A stretch of DNA of 64,000 bases, from the NCBI RefSeq assembly GCF_009834535.1, contig NC_045696.1:39558001-39622000 (forward strand), read 5' to 3'. The DNA is from Camelus ferus. Its lineage: Eukaryota. Below, piece by piece: positions 36,690 through 48,800 of this stretch. The notes under the pieces are model-generated. The model had not been told where the DNA came from. It ran no database searches and was given only the letters and a program-made list of their open reading frames with translations. Positions within the stretch are counted from its first letter, which is position 1. Each line of letters starts with the position of its first letter. A program made the translations under genes and the position numbers.

Positions 36690-37150
36690 ACTGATTCCAG
36701 GGTTGGATAATTTAGCAGCTTGTCCACCTCATCAAGGATGCAGACCCTTTCTGTCTTCTTGCTCTACCTTCCTCAGATGTTGGCTTGATGTCTTATAGCT
36801 GGAAAAAGGGCAGGGAGAGCACTCACTTTCCTCATTTATCTTTAAAAAAAAATTTTTTTTATTGAAGTGTAGTTGATTTACAATGCTGTATCCTCACTTA
36901 TCTTTTGAAGAGATAAGGAAAACTTTTCCAGAGGCCTTCCTCTCCTATCTCATTGGCAAGAATTGTGTTGCATGCCCATTCCTAACCTACTCCACCACAA
37001 AGGCAGTGGTTACCATGGTTGGCTCAAACCAATCCTGATTTACACCCCTGGGCTGGAAAAAGCCCAGTCTCCCTTAAAGTTTATGGCCCACTAATTCCTT
37101 AAAATACTTGGGTTTCTACTGACAAGGGTACAGGGGGAAAAGGATGTAAG
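36690..37150 (-). mobile_element. Old MaLR LTR fragment (MLT1J/K-like) containing a 47-nt L1 tail (36844-36890)
   Basis: tcattggcaagaattgtgttgcatgccc motif; L1 tail flanked by tcctca[t/c]ttatcttt at 36829-36843 and 36891-36905. Confidence 0.6.
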
Positions 37151-37741
37151 ACAGATGGTTCCACAAAGAAGGCAGTGTTGTGTGTTTGACAGTCAGTGGT
37201 GCACAGAGGAGGGTTTATATCACTTCCTCACCCCCCACAATGAAAGGAATTCTTATTATTCACAAGTTCTTTCAAATATTGAGATGATTGTTGCTTTTGT
37301 CATTTCCACTTGGGCTTGGAAATTTTCCTGGCTAGAAGTAAAAGGAGTCTAATTTCTTTGTGTTGGGTCAACTACCCTAGCAACAATGTTTAAATGCAGC
37401 TCTCACGTGACTCCTAAACTGTTTCCTAAAGCTCCTAAGCTACATTCCCCTAGTCTCCTTAGCCCTTCCTCAGGGTTTCCAAATCCTTCACTATGTCTTC
37501 TCACTGCACATCCCTTATTTCTCCTCAATGAACTACGAAATCTCACCTTTCAAGACCTCACTCTAGAAAGCCTTTCCAAGTTACTGGTGGCCACTATGCA
37601 CTCCACAGTCTGCTGGAGTCCTCTCGTTCCTCCTCAATGCCAGCACTCACTGATTTCTATATGCTGGTCACCGTGCCAGAGACTTTATCAAGAGTCTCAA
37701 TCTTCACAAGAACCCTGTGGGACAGTTGTAATTTGATTTCA

Positions 37742-37840
37742 TCCCTCTCTTTTTTTTTTTTTTTTTTTTGTATATATATTTTGATTGAAGTGTAGTCAGT
37801 TTACAATGTGTCAGTTTCTGGTGTACAGCACAATACTTCA
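37742..37840 (-). mobile_element. 99-nt L1 3' tail with perfect 15-bp TSD
   Basis: tgtaatttgatttca at 37727-37741 and 37841-37855. Confidence 0.88.
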
Positions 37841-38147
37841 TGTAATTTGATTTCAGTTTCATAAGTGAGAAACTTGAGGCACAGAGAGATTCAGCAATTC
37901 GCATAGGTCACTCAGTATGTAAATGGTGAGGCCAAGATTCAAAACCAGATGACTAGATTCCAGGGTCCTGGCTCATAAGATCTTATCTGTATCTCCAGAA
38001 TTCTTCTTGCCCAGTCCCTGGCACATAGTGAACACTTCACAAATGTTTACTGAGTGAATGAATAATTCGTAATATTACTCTTCTGTATAATGTCATTTAT
38101 CAATTTCCTCCTGAAAATGTATGCCCAGTATTGAAAACACTACTCCA

Positions 38148-38281
38148 GGGGGGAGGGGGTATAGCTCAAGTGGTAGAGTGAATGCTTAGCATACGCAAGA
38201 TCCTGGGTTCAATCCCCAGTACCTCTGCTAAAAATAAATAAGTAAACCTAACTACCCCCAAAAAAATGAAAATAAAAAAGG
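38148..38281 (+). mobile_element. Camelid tRNA-derived SINE (vic-1-like)
   Basis: A/B boxes; perfect 13-bp TSD aaacactactcca at 38135-38147 and 38282-38294. Confidence 0.92.
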
Positions 38282-38327
38282 AAACACTACTCCAAGTGGT
38301 TTTTGACCAGAACAAAATAAATGGCAT

Positions 38328-38820
38328 AGGTGGGAAGCTGGATAATGCACCCCCCCCAAATTATCCACATCCTAATCCGCAGAAACTGTGAATATGTTAC
38401 TTTAAATGGCAAAAGGAACTTTACAGATGTAATTAAGTTAAGGATCTTGAGATGGGGAGATTATCCAGGTGAGCTCAATGTAATTACAACAAATAAAAGG
38501 AGAGAGATGGTCAGAGTCAGAAGAGGATATGTTTTGAGAGAAACGAGGGTTACAGTCAGAAGGGAGAGATTTGAAGCTGCTACGCTGCTGGCCCTGAAGA
38601 TGGAGGAAGGGGCCACGAGCCAAGGATGCAAGAGGGCTCTAGAAGCTGGAGAAGGCAAGGAAACTAAGCCCCCCTGGAACCTCCAGAAGGAATGCAGCCT
38701 TGATGATATCTTATTTTTCGGACTGCTGACCTACGGAACTGTAAGAAAATAAATTCTTGTTTTAAGCCAACAAAGTATACTTTGCTATAACAAAGTTTAG
38801 CAGCAAGAGGAAATAATACA
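38328..38820 (+). mobile_element. Solo MaLR LTR (MLT1D-like)
   Basis: tccacatcctaatc...tgtgaatatgttactttaaatggcaaaagg...gcaagaggaaataataca; homologous to 25806-26303. Confidence 0.85.
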
Positions 38821-38899
38821 GCATAGGTTTTTTTTAAAATAGCTATTTTTATTATCTTCAATGACCAGCCCATTCTTGGGCTATATGCTGTTTGATACC

Positions 38900-38990
38900 A
38901 GTTTTTTAATATTTAAACTGGGGACTCAACCCAGGACCTCATGCATGCTAAGCATGCGCTGTACCACTGACCTATTTCCCACCCACCACA
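38900..38990 (-). mobile_element. Camelid tRNA-derived SINE (vic-1-like)
   Basis: ctggggactcaacccaggacctcatgcatgctaagcatgcgctgtaccactga. Confidence 0.85.
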
Positions 38991-39217
38991 TAGGTAATTT
39001 TTTTCATGTGGTTTTCCATGTTTCTATTAATAACAGCCTAGTAGTGAAGTCCTCTTGATATTAGGAACATTGAGTTTTCAGACTGCAGGCAGATTAATCT
39101 AAAGATACAGATTCTCTGTTTTCATTTTTTTAAAGCCTCTTAGTTAGCATTTGTCCCGTGTTGCCCAGACCTTCTGAATTGTCACTACTATCCTAGTGCC
39201 TCTTGTTTGCTTTCATT

Positions 39218-39218
39218 A

Positions 39219-39249
<31 letters not shown>

Positions 39250-39330
39250 CATGGAGGTGCTGAGGGTTGAAGCCAGGACCTCAGTGCATGCTAAGCATGT
39301 GCTCTACCACTGAGCTATATACCTCCTACC
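39218..39330 (-). mobile_element. Camelid tRNA-derived SINE (vic-1-like)
   Basis: (TA)n/T tail, ccaggacctcagtgcatgctaagcatgtgctctaccactgagctata. Confidence 0.88.
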
Positions 39331-39789
39331 TTTTTGTTCTCATTGATGCTGCCTTAGAAGTTTGTTTCCCAAAAGGCCCATTCACAAGAAATAACAAATT
39401 CCTCACATCCTCAGGGCTGCATTCTCATCACAAAATCTAACAATATACTATCCATTTGGATGTAGTCAGAATTTTTTTTTAATCTAAATTTCTAAAACAT
39501 CTGCTGATGGGAGGTGAAGAGTCATTTCAAATTAAATCATTAAGGATCTCAACTTTCAGGTATTTTGAATCATGACAATCAGTGATAGAAGGAGATTTCT
39601 GACTTCAAGTTAATAGACCCTTGCATTTAGAATATAAAATATTTATTATTTTGTTTTGCCTACCTATTTAAATTTGTATTTTACTAATAACCTATGCCTT
39701 GTTATTCCTCCTATGAAACAGAGATCATCTATCTCACAGTCCTTTAATAATGACTTTAACTTGGGAAGCTGGTATATTTAATTCCCTAA

Positions 39790-39920
39790 GCCATGCTTGT
39801 TAAAGTGTGGTCCCTGGACAGGCAGCATCAGCAACTCTGAGAGCCTGTTAGAAATAAAAATTCTCAGGCCACACTCTGGTCCTACAGAATTAGAAACCCT
39901 GGGGTGGGGCCAGTACTCTG
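39790..39920. mobile_element. MER5A (hAT-Charlie)
   Basis: aaagtgtggtccctggac...gcagcatcagca...ttagaaat...ctcaggcc...tggggtggggcc. Confidence 0.8.
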
Positions 39921-42479
39921 GAGGAATAATTAGAGCCTGGAGCTATGCTGGGTGACTGAGGTCAGAGTGTTATACTTCTAAAGACCTTTTCGGAAAAGTC
40001 ATTCATATCTCAGTAGCTAAAAATCCTTGGGTAAGATTTTCTTCTGGCAAACTCACATGCATGTCTTATTTTAAGCAAGTATAACACTAGAAAAAAGGAA
40101 AATCTTTAAGAAAAAATTAACAAGGAAGATTATTTTCTGCACAAAACAAATTACAAATATCATTTTTCCAAATGCTTCCAGGAAGTTAGTTGTTTCCATT
40201 TATGTCTAACACTTACAATACCCTGCTATATAGTGGTTGTCTACATGTCTGTTCATCTGTAAATATCATCAAAGTGGAAAATCTGTCTGTTCACCACTGT
40301 TTCCTCTGAGCTTAGCCAATACATGACACATACAGACTCTCAGTAAGTATCTGTAGTCTGAATGCCTGTTTTCTCAAGACAGAAACTCCATTGTCTGGAA
40401 TTCTGTATGTATATCTAGCCTTGAATGCCCCTGTGCTGGGCATATAGTAGGTTCTCAATAAACATATAAATGAATAAATCAATGAAATCATGATGTGTCT
40501 ATCCAATTCCATTCCCACTATTAACATGATCAATTCACATCATGATGTCCTATAAAGTTTTGTTAGAAATAAGTAGACATGGATTTGTGCCAAAGGAATT
40601 TCTGTTGCACTAAGATTATGACTGCAAAAAATAATTGACATTAAAGCATTTAGATTGCACAAGGTACTTCTGTAGAGATGAGGAAAAGCCAGCTAATGAA
40701 AAGATAGAAAAATATTTCAGAAATTAACCTGAATTTTGACCAGAACCCATTTTATTATATCTGAACCAAAACAGATACTATTAAAAAAAAAAAGACTAAT
40801 CATATTAAGTAATCAAATATTAACAAAAACTGATAATTGCGTGGTTCCAAAATAACAGGGAGAAACTTTACATTAAATCTGTCACTGCAAGTTTGCCATG
40901 CAATTTTTTTTTACTAAGTATATTTCTTAAGAAGTAAGTGACATTCATGTCCAAACTTTTATATTCATGATTGATTTCATGAAAAGATCCCAGACCTCAG
41001 TTTTCTAACTGGATATACAGAAAATCAAATCCACAGCAATTCTGTCTCTTGTTTTAACTGGTTTGGGGGGATAGAGAGAGGAGTAGATTGCAATAGAAAC
41101 TGAAGAAAATCATCTTTCCCCCAAATAAGATGAGCTTGTTTTAAATTTGTTCGACCACTCAGCAAAGTTAAACACCGTTCATTGTTGTTGTTTTTATCTG
41201 ATCCTTTAATATGATAACATGTATTGTGTGTGGCTTAGAGGTGGGGTTGGAACTCAATCTTATTTGCCTAGGAATCCTGTATTTTTGAAACTCAGATCTT
41301 CCATACTCAGAACTCAGTTTGAGAAAGGCTACTCAATTCCAAAAGCAAGTATTTATTTAATTCATTGTGAAATAACATTTGTAAAGAGAAGAACTGAAGA
41401 GGCCCACAGAACATTGCATCAGACTCTGTTTTTACTTGTTAGGTCACTCCTGGATGGATCTTTATTTTTAAAGATAGTAAGAAGAGAATCATTTTGACTA
41501 TGGGAAAATAGAAATGATGATGAAATGGAAAACCTGATGTTTAGTTTGAAAAAATTTTTTAAAAAGACATAAATAAATGGATCACTCTTTGATCACAATC
41601 CAAAAGCTGGGAAATTAAGTTACATCTGTTTGCTTCAGTTAGTTTTTTTCTGTATGTGTCAGAGTCTGTTGAGGGGTTGCTGGGCAAAGGTATTAGATCC
41701 TTCTTCCTCTGCCAAATGAATGTATGTGCCAGGCATCTGGACCCACTCAGACCTAGGTTTGAATCTTGTTTTGTTCCTGTTTTAGTTCTCTTCATACAAT
41801 CTCAATAATATTTAACTCTCAGGGTTGTTACTATTAAATGTGATCAGGAATGTCAAGTCCCTCCTTAGGGTTCCATGAATGTTAATTTCCTTCTCCTTCA
41901 CCCACCTCTCATGCCTGTTTAGGGCTTTATGCATTTGGGGCTGCCATGTTCTGCCTTGTGTTGTTAGATGACTGTTAATAAGAATTTGTCTTAAACCTCT
42001 TTATGTCCCCCCACGTATCCCTGCTGTAAAGATTTATCCCTCCATCTCTAGAGGGTAACCAAGCTTTGAGGTTCTGTTGCTCAGTGACTTCTCTGATAAA
42101 GGGTTAAAAAAAAAAAAAAGTTACCAGATCCCTAGAAGACAACTCAAGTATGTTTTCAAAAGGGAAGAGTGATAGAGGCAGAGAAGGTGGAGTCCACTAT
42201 TGTTTTCCATTTGGTCGGTTGCGGGGTTGGGGGAGAGTTGGGGAGGCAGGGAGTCAGGGAAAAGGAGCCTACATGAAGTCTGGGAGATCTGCCCCAGACT
42301 GGGAGGTGAAACACTGAGTTGTGGGTCCCTAGGTTATTGTCGTACAGAGAGCTGCTCTAGGTGATGTGACCTCTGATGAGGTGACTGCGGGAATCTAGGC
42401 CTGGGGAGAGAGAAATAAACACTAGGTGAGAGGGAAGCACAGGTGAAATGGAGGTGATGATGTCTGAAGGCTCTTTCAG

Positions 42480-43050
42480 GACACTGTTAATTATTAGAAT
42501 GTCAGCTCCAGGAGAGTGAGGATTTTTGTCTGTTTCCTCACTAGCAAGCTATATTCCCAGCACCTAGAACAGTGCCTGGCGTATAGCAAGCACTTAATAA
42601 GTATATGTTTGATGACTGAATGTGGAGTGTGTTAATGACATGAAGGATAGAAGTTCAAGTAAGACGAAGGGAAAGGAGGAGAGGTCAAGGATGACTCTAA
42701 GGTTTCAAGTGTGAAGGTGGGAGAAAAGTATCATCAGTGACGAGTCAGTTAAGAGAAAAGTCTGGTTGGTGTAAAGGACTAAAACATTCGGTTTTCTATT
42801 TGTTGACTCTGCTTTTTGTAAAGTACTTTGCATACAGTGGGTAATGATAAATACATGTTGAACAGGATGCTCAGCAAGCAGTTGGAGGTACAAGACTGAA
42901 AATTAAGAAGTAGTCAGAACTGGAAATTGAAGACTGCCAAGCCCCTCTGTGAAAGTCATGAGTGGATCCCCGAGAGATCTCAGATATAGAATAAGTGTGG
43001 CAGGGAACGAGGGGAGACTGAACTGCAAGGAAATGCACATTTTCTGAAGC
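42480..43050. mobile_element. L2 fragments
   Basis: ttagaatgtcagctcc...cccagcacctagaacagtgcctggc; gtcaaggatgactctaaggttt. Confidence 0.65.
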
Positions 43051-44089
43051 AATGTACAAAGGAACTTATGAATGCACCTTGGAGTTAGGTACAATTTAGA
43101 GACAACTTCCAGATATTTATCACTGGATTTTTATGGTTTTCCAGCCTGTGGGTTAGAATTTTGTCTGAGAAATTCTCAGTGGCAGGACTCAGTGCTAAAG
43201 GGCCCAGGAAGATTCGATGGTATTCAGCTTTTTAATCTATAGACAGTAAACCTTGTATCAGTTATACAAAATTTGGTGGATCCGAAGTCTAGGATCTGTT
43301 TGGCTTGGTTAAAATGCATTAATTTATCATGATTCGCACAGAGGCATACAATTAAATCCTCTCTACTCCCATCTCTCTCTCCAAGCAAAATCAAAATTAT
43401 GTGTGCCTCTTTCTAACCCTTAGACAGGGATTCAGAATCCTTCAATTCTGTAGAGTAATATTAAACTGATGAAGATTTATCAATATTTATCAATATTTGT
43501 CACTTTTGAGGCACTGCAGATAGCTGTTTGGATGACCAGTATATCACCATGTGGTTAATATGCTGGTAATAATTAACAGCCATGAGCAGGATTTGAAAAA
43601 AAAAGTTGCCAATATGGCAATCTGAACACACATATACAAAATTAAAAAGTTTATAAGAAGATGCAGTAAAAACAAAAACTGTAGTAAAACAGAGTACTCT
43701 CTTAAATCACGGGGAAACAGTTAGTTTTAAGCCTTCATTTTACTTCTACTTCAGTTGTTCATAAGTGGTTCTTGTATCTATAAGTCTTTATTACCAATAC
43801 TGGCTCCCTTGTATTCTTAATGTCCTGTAGTGTAATAAACTGTTCCCAGCAAGGGATGGAAATAAAGAACTGAAGTAATGGATTTGTCTGCTCCTGAGAA
43901 GCTGCTGAGCATGTTTTCTGTGTGATGGTCCCGATGCCATTACAACTACTCTGATGCCACTACTTCTGCTACTATAATTACCTTTAAAATGGGATGTCTC
44001 CCCAAGGGAGTTCAGGTGTGAAAGAGGGCAGACTCAGCCAGGAGGGATTATGACTAGGGATCTGAAGAAAGGTTTCAGTAATTTACCTT

Positions 44090-44129
44090 TCTTTTTCTTT
44101 CTTTTTTTTTTTAATTGAGTTATAGTCAG
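44090..44129 (-). mobile_element. 40-nt extreme 5'-truncated young L1 insertion
   Basis: TSD agtaatttacctt at 44077-44089 and 44130-44142; body aattgagttatagtcag identical to the end of the 2021-2567 element. Confidence 0.85.
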
Positions 44130-44359
44130 AGTAATTTACCTTCTATGTAACCCCGGAGAAAACATTCTGGTTTGGGGGAACTGGAGCAAGAACAATGGGA
44201 ACTGGAAATGACTGCAATTCCACGTAAGTTAACATCTTGATACCCACGTGCAAAAGGCTAATTCTGCCTTTACACAATTAACCATGGTTGTGTTTTCCCA
44301 AAATATCACACTCTAGCATAAATAGCTATTAATTTTCCCATGTCCTTCATCTCTTGACT

Positions 44360-44580
44360 AGAAAGGCACAATGTCATGGGTGTGAAGCGTTTAATCTGGG
44401 TTCACATCCTAAATTTGATACATATTATTTCTGGGCCCTTGGACAAATTATGTAATTTCTCTGAGTTTTCAATTCTGCATCTGAAAAATGGAAATAGTGA
44501 TATTTAGCTCACAGTGTTGCTGTGTATAATAAAAAATACAATCTATAAAATCACCTAGCACCTAGCAGGGGTATAATAAA
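44360..44580 (-). mobile_element. MIR SINE
   Basis: ccttggacaaatta...tctctgagttttca...catctgaaaaatgg. Confidence 0.65.
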
Positions 44581-44689
44581 TAGGAGGTCACACTTGAGTT
44601 GTCAGCTTTAATAATGTAATAGCCAGTTATTTTACCAGCAAAAGTGAGTTTATTTGGGAAAAGCCACTTTACTAAAAACATTTAGAGTA

Positions 44690-45150
44690 AACAGCAAAAG
44701 CCCTCCCTCCCTTCCCCTCTTTGCTTTATAATTCTAGAAGAAATCTCTGTCAACATTTTGGTATGTAGCCTTCAGAACTTTTCTCACATTCACAAATATA
44801 TACACACACATATCATTAGTCCTTTACTCTTCTGCTTAATATAAATGAATCACACACACAGAATGTGCTTTCTGGATGTAGAACTTCTAAAGCCAATATA
44901 CTGTAGCTGCCATCACATTAGTGCATGTATGTGCACATTTATCATAGCTTTGCAATAGCTCATTCTTTACTAGGATATACCATAATCTAATTAGTCACCT
45001 TCTCTTTGTGGGCATTATTTTCCTGTTTTTAAACATTACAAACAATGCTGCTGTGACCATCCCTATACACATTCTTGGGTTTCTACATAATTATTTCTAC
45101 AGGATGGAGTCCTAGAAAATGGAATTGCTGGTTTGAACGATACACGCATT
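44690..45150 (-). mobile_element. Ancient L1ME-like fragment
   Basis: ttacaaacaatgctgctgtgaccatcc...tcctagaaaatggaattgctgg. Confidence 0.6.
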
Positions 45151-45330
45151 TACAGCAGACTGGAGTTTGGAACTGCAGAGAAGCCTTTGTGCCACTCTCA
45201 GCCCTCTGTAATGACTCCACTTTGCACTGTGCTTCAGGAATCCAGTGGAGCATAGTTTTTTTTTAAGCATGCATTTCTGAACATGAAATATAAAGCAGTA
45301 AATTATTTGAGTACAGGTTCACATATCCTA

Positions 45331-46013
45331 TGGTACAGGAAAAATGGGGTGTGAGAGGATGGCCGTGTCCCAGGTCTCGGGCGAGTGCCTGGGACATGCC
45401 CTGCCAAGTGAGGGGCCTTGGCTTTGCACAGGAAAGAATTCTAGAGCAAGGTGTACTTGAGTAAAAGTTGATTTATTCAGAGAGATGCAAACTCCATTGA
45501 CTGAGTTTAGTTTATCCCAGAAGGCTAGAAAGGCCATGAGGCATGGGGGTGGGTATTTAGTTTAAAGTAAAAGTAGGCACACACTCCATAGACAGAGTGC
45601 AGGCCATCTCACTTAGAAGGGAGAGCAGCCTTGGCCATGAGGTGCGGGGGTTGTTAGTTTATATGAGCTCAGTTAATTCATAAGCTAACAAGTGAGAGGA
45701 CTATTCCAACTACTTTGGGGGAGGGGCTGGGATTCCCAGGAACTGGGCCACCACCTACTTTTGGACCTTCTATGGCCAGCCTGGGAGGTGTCATGGCACC
45801 TGGGCAAGTGCCATTTAGTATGTATATAGTATGTATAATATATATATATATATTACAACAAGGGTACAACAAGGGTATATTACAACAAGGGTCTCCTGAA
45901 AGTCAAATCTCCTGCCGTCTTGGGCCTCAAGGTCTACTGGGAGTTGAATCTTTCACCATCTTGGTGTTAACTGCTGTGTCATTCCTTTAAATGCTCCCTT
46001 CCCTCCTATCTCA
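45331..46013 (-). mobile_element. Complete solo ERV LTR (ERV1-like)
   Basis: TG...CA termini with 4-bp TSD ccta (45327-45330, 46014-46017); minus-strand AATAAA (tttatt ~45472); internal duplications. Confidence 0.85.
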
Positions 46014-46375
46014 CCTATGCCCACAATTCCACTTTATCCATCTTAGAACAACACTCTCATGACGTGAAATAGCATAAGGTCAGCTCTGTAACCAGCTAAG
46101 GTGAGAGAAAGGTGTTAGCTAAAACTGTTAAGTAAAATTAATGGGCTAAGTGAGTACTGTTACCTGCATATTCTGACAGAATGATCAGTCACGGGACTAG
46201 AAGTTAGGAGAGCATCTCCACAGATAGAAGGGGAGGCGGGGACATCTCCCTCCTCTCCTGAGATGGGGCATGGCAGCCGGGGCAGTGGTCCAAGGCTTCT
46301 AGCACATCTCAGGATTGAATGAGAGTTCTGAGCAAGCGGCTCGGGATGCAGCAGTTTTGCAGACAGCCCCCTTAA

Positions 46376-46390
46376 ACTCCAGGGGGCGTC
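46376..46390 (+). promoter_or_regulatory. Possible CTCF site
   Basis: actccagggggcgtc resembles the CTCF core CCASYAGRKGGCRS. Confidence 0.35.
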
Positions 46391-46569
46391 CTTCTGTCTG
46401 TGCAGCAACCAGAAGGGCTGCCCTCTTTGTTCACGGGGTAATGAGGAGTCAGCTTAGAATCTCAGTCCTTTCCCTCCAGGTCCTCTCTCCTAGGTCACTT
46501 GGCTGGGGACCAAACTGTCTTTGGGGGAGGAAAGTTAAGGAACTTTAATTAGGGTTTTGAAATTCAAAT

Positions 46570-46950
46570 CCAACACAACCTTTTACATTTGATAACAATC
46601 ACCAAATTGCCTTCAAAAAAGAAAGTTCTTTACACTTCCTTGCAGTTTCCTTGTCACCTTTGATGGAAACTCACTAATCTCATTAATCTTTTTAGTTTTT
46701 GCCAATCTGATTTCTCCTTGTTGTCTCCATTTCCTTACACAATGTGATGATTAAAAAGACACTAAAATTTTTGCACATGTTTGTGAACTATTTGTATTTC
46801 TTCTGTGAATTGCTTGCTTCTGGCCTGTGTCCTATTTTTAAAAGGGTTGTCTTTTTTTTATATATATAGGAATTCTTTAAATATTCTGCATATTAACCCT
46901 TCTAAATAATATTGCAGTTGTTTTCCATCAGTTGTCTGAATTATGGCTTC
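46570..46950 (-). mobile_element. Ancient L1ME-like fragment
   Basis: ccaaattgccttcaaaaaag...ttttgccaatctgat...atttcttctgtgaattgc. Confidence 0.6.
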
Positions 46951-48634
46951 TACCATCTAGGTATTTCACATGTTCATGTGCTTAGAACACGCTGAATCCC
47001 AGCTCCACCCTCCCACCTCCCCTCACCTTCCAGCTTGTGGAAGGAGAGTAAAAGCAGTTCCTGAGAACTACTGGGACACTAAGACTTCTGAAACCTCAAC
47101 AGGACTAATAGAATAAAGAGAGACTCCTTTTTACTAAACGGCAAATAAGCTTTCTGGTAGACCTGAATTCCTTCTTTATTCTCTCTCACAATACTGGAGA
47201 AATCAACACAGTGGTTATTTACATGTGCAAATATATGATCAGAGACTGCTCTAAACTGGAGACATTGGAGAAGTTAGGGTTCTGCTTAGAAGAACGTTTC
47301 TCCACACTGTAGGCAGAGTCATAGCTCTATGTCAGGATTTAGACTCCTTACATACTGGCTTATTATTTTTGAGAGGCACATGTACTTTAAACAATTGCTA
47401 ACAGGAGATGAAACCCCAAGACAGCTAGAAGCTGGGGCTGGCAGGATCTTTCCCAGAGATGGAGGAAGGACTGTGTGCAAAAAGGATTAGCTTGGTAAAG
47501 CTAAGTCTTGAGCCAGATATTGTTTAAAACTGAACAACCTAAGCCTTGAGAATGTTAAGTAAACTCCTTTTTATTAGTAACTTATAAGGGGATATTGTGT
47601 GAAAGTGGCCTCTCATCACCTTGAAGGTGTCTCCAGTCCTGCAGTTCATCTACTGTGATCTGATGTGACCTGCTGAGAGCATGCCCCTACAAGGAGGTCT
47701 CCTCTGCATGCTGTAGACAGTCCTACATCTATCATGCCAAGAAAGCTTGTACTTGGGACAGGGCATGAGAATGGGAAGGCAAGCCCTACACTGGGATGAG
47801 TAAGAAATACTACTTTCTTTAACCTTACTCTAGACTATGAGCCTATGGGTGCTGAATGGCACCCCAGGGTAGTGTGGAGAGCCTGACTCTCACCTGTCCC
47901 TGCATACACAGAGGACACAGCCCATGAAAAATGTCATTCTAATTCAAAGAGATTGCACCATCCATAATCAAAAAAACAAACCTAGCAAACAGAGCCAGTC
48001 CTATATGTACACTGCCTAAATATTATGTTTTCAGGGGCCTTTAAAGGACCCTGCATGTTCCAATAGCCCTCTCCTACTTCCTGGCCCTTCCTCTCCCACC
48101 TCATTAGAATGAATCTACACAAAAGCTGAGTTAAATATATTTACATTGTGAAAACATCCCCCGCCCCCACCACTGGTCAAATTACCAAAATCACTATCCC
48201 AGAGAGGTCTACAAATTTATAAACCTACCACCCTGTTTAATTCTTTATCACCTTTTACAAGAATTCAAAACTTTTACATAGTTGCGATCATGTGTCCATG
48301 CAATAATGTATCCTGTGTTGTTTGTTTGTTTTTTTAAATAACATTTCACAGGTCAAAAGCCCCTGCCCCAGATAGTTACATACTGGTAAGTTCCTGGGAA
48401 GAAAACTGGTTTTGGTTCCAGGCACATTCATTTGAATCACAGTTCAAAAATAGATCTTGTATGACTTTGGGAGCATTACTTAACCTCCTGACTCCATTTT
48501 GTAATTCCTAGGATGAGATTACTCTGGCTCACAGGATAAATACGAAGAACAGATATGACATATGGAGGGTAGCTGACTCATGGTGGGCAGTGACTGGTAG
48601 TTCATATTCTTACTTCCTGAATTGATGGTTTTTG

Positions 48635-48800
48635 TGATAAGCACTGTGCCAAGAATTCTTTATGTCATTGTCTCTTCTAACCCTCCTAACAACCTCTGAA
48701 AATAGGTTGTATTATCTCACTTTCAAGGTGACCAAAAGGAAGTACACTGAGTCACTTGCTCAAGGTCACAAAGCAGGCCAGTGGAGGAGGTGGACTTTGA
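48635..48800 (+). mobile_element. MIR SINE
   Basis: gcactgtgccaag...aacaacctctgaaaatagg...cacttgctcaaggtcaca. Confidence 0.65.

Noticed and set aside
43604..43621. Palindrome gttgccaatatggcaat resembling an RFX X-box or NFI site
   Set aside because: Spacing is too long for an X-box, and the half-sites do not match NFI TTGGC-N5-GCCAA.
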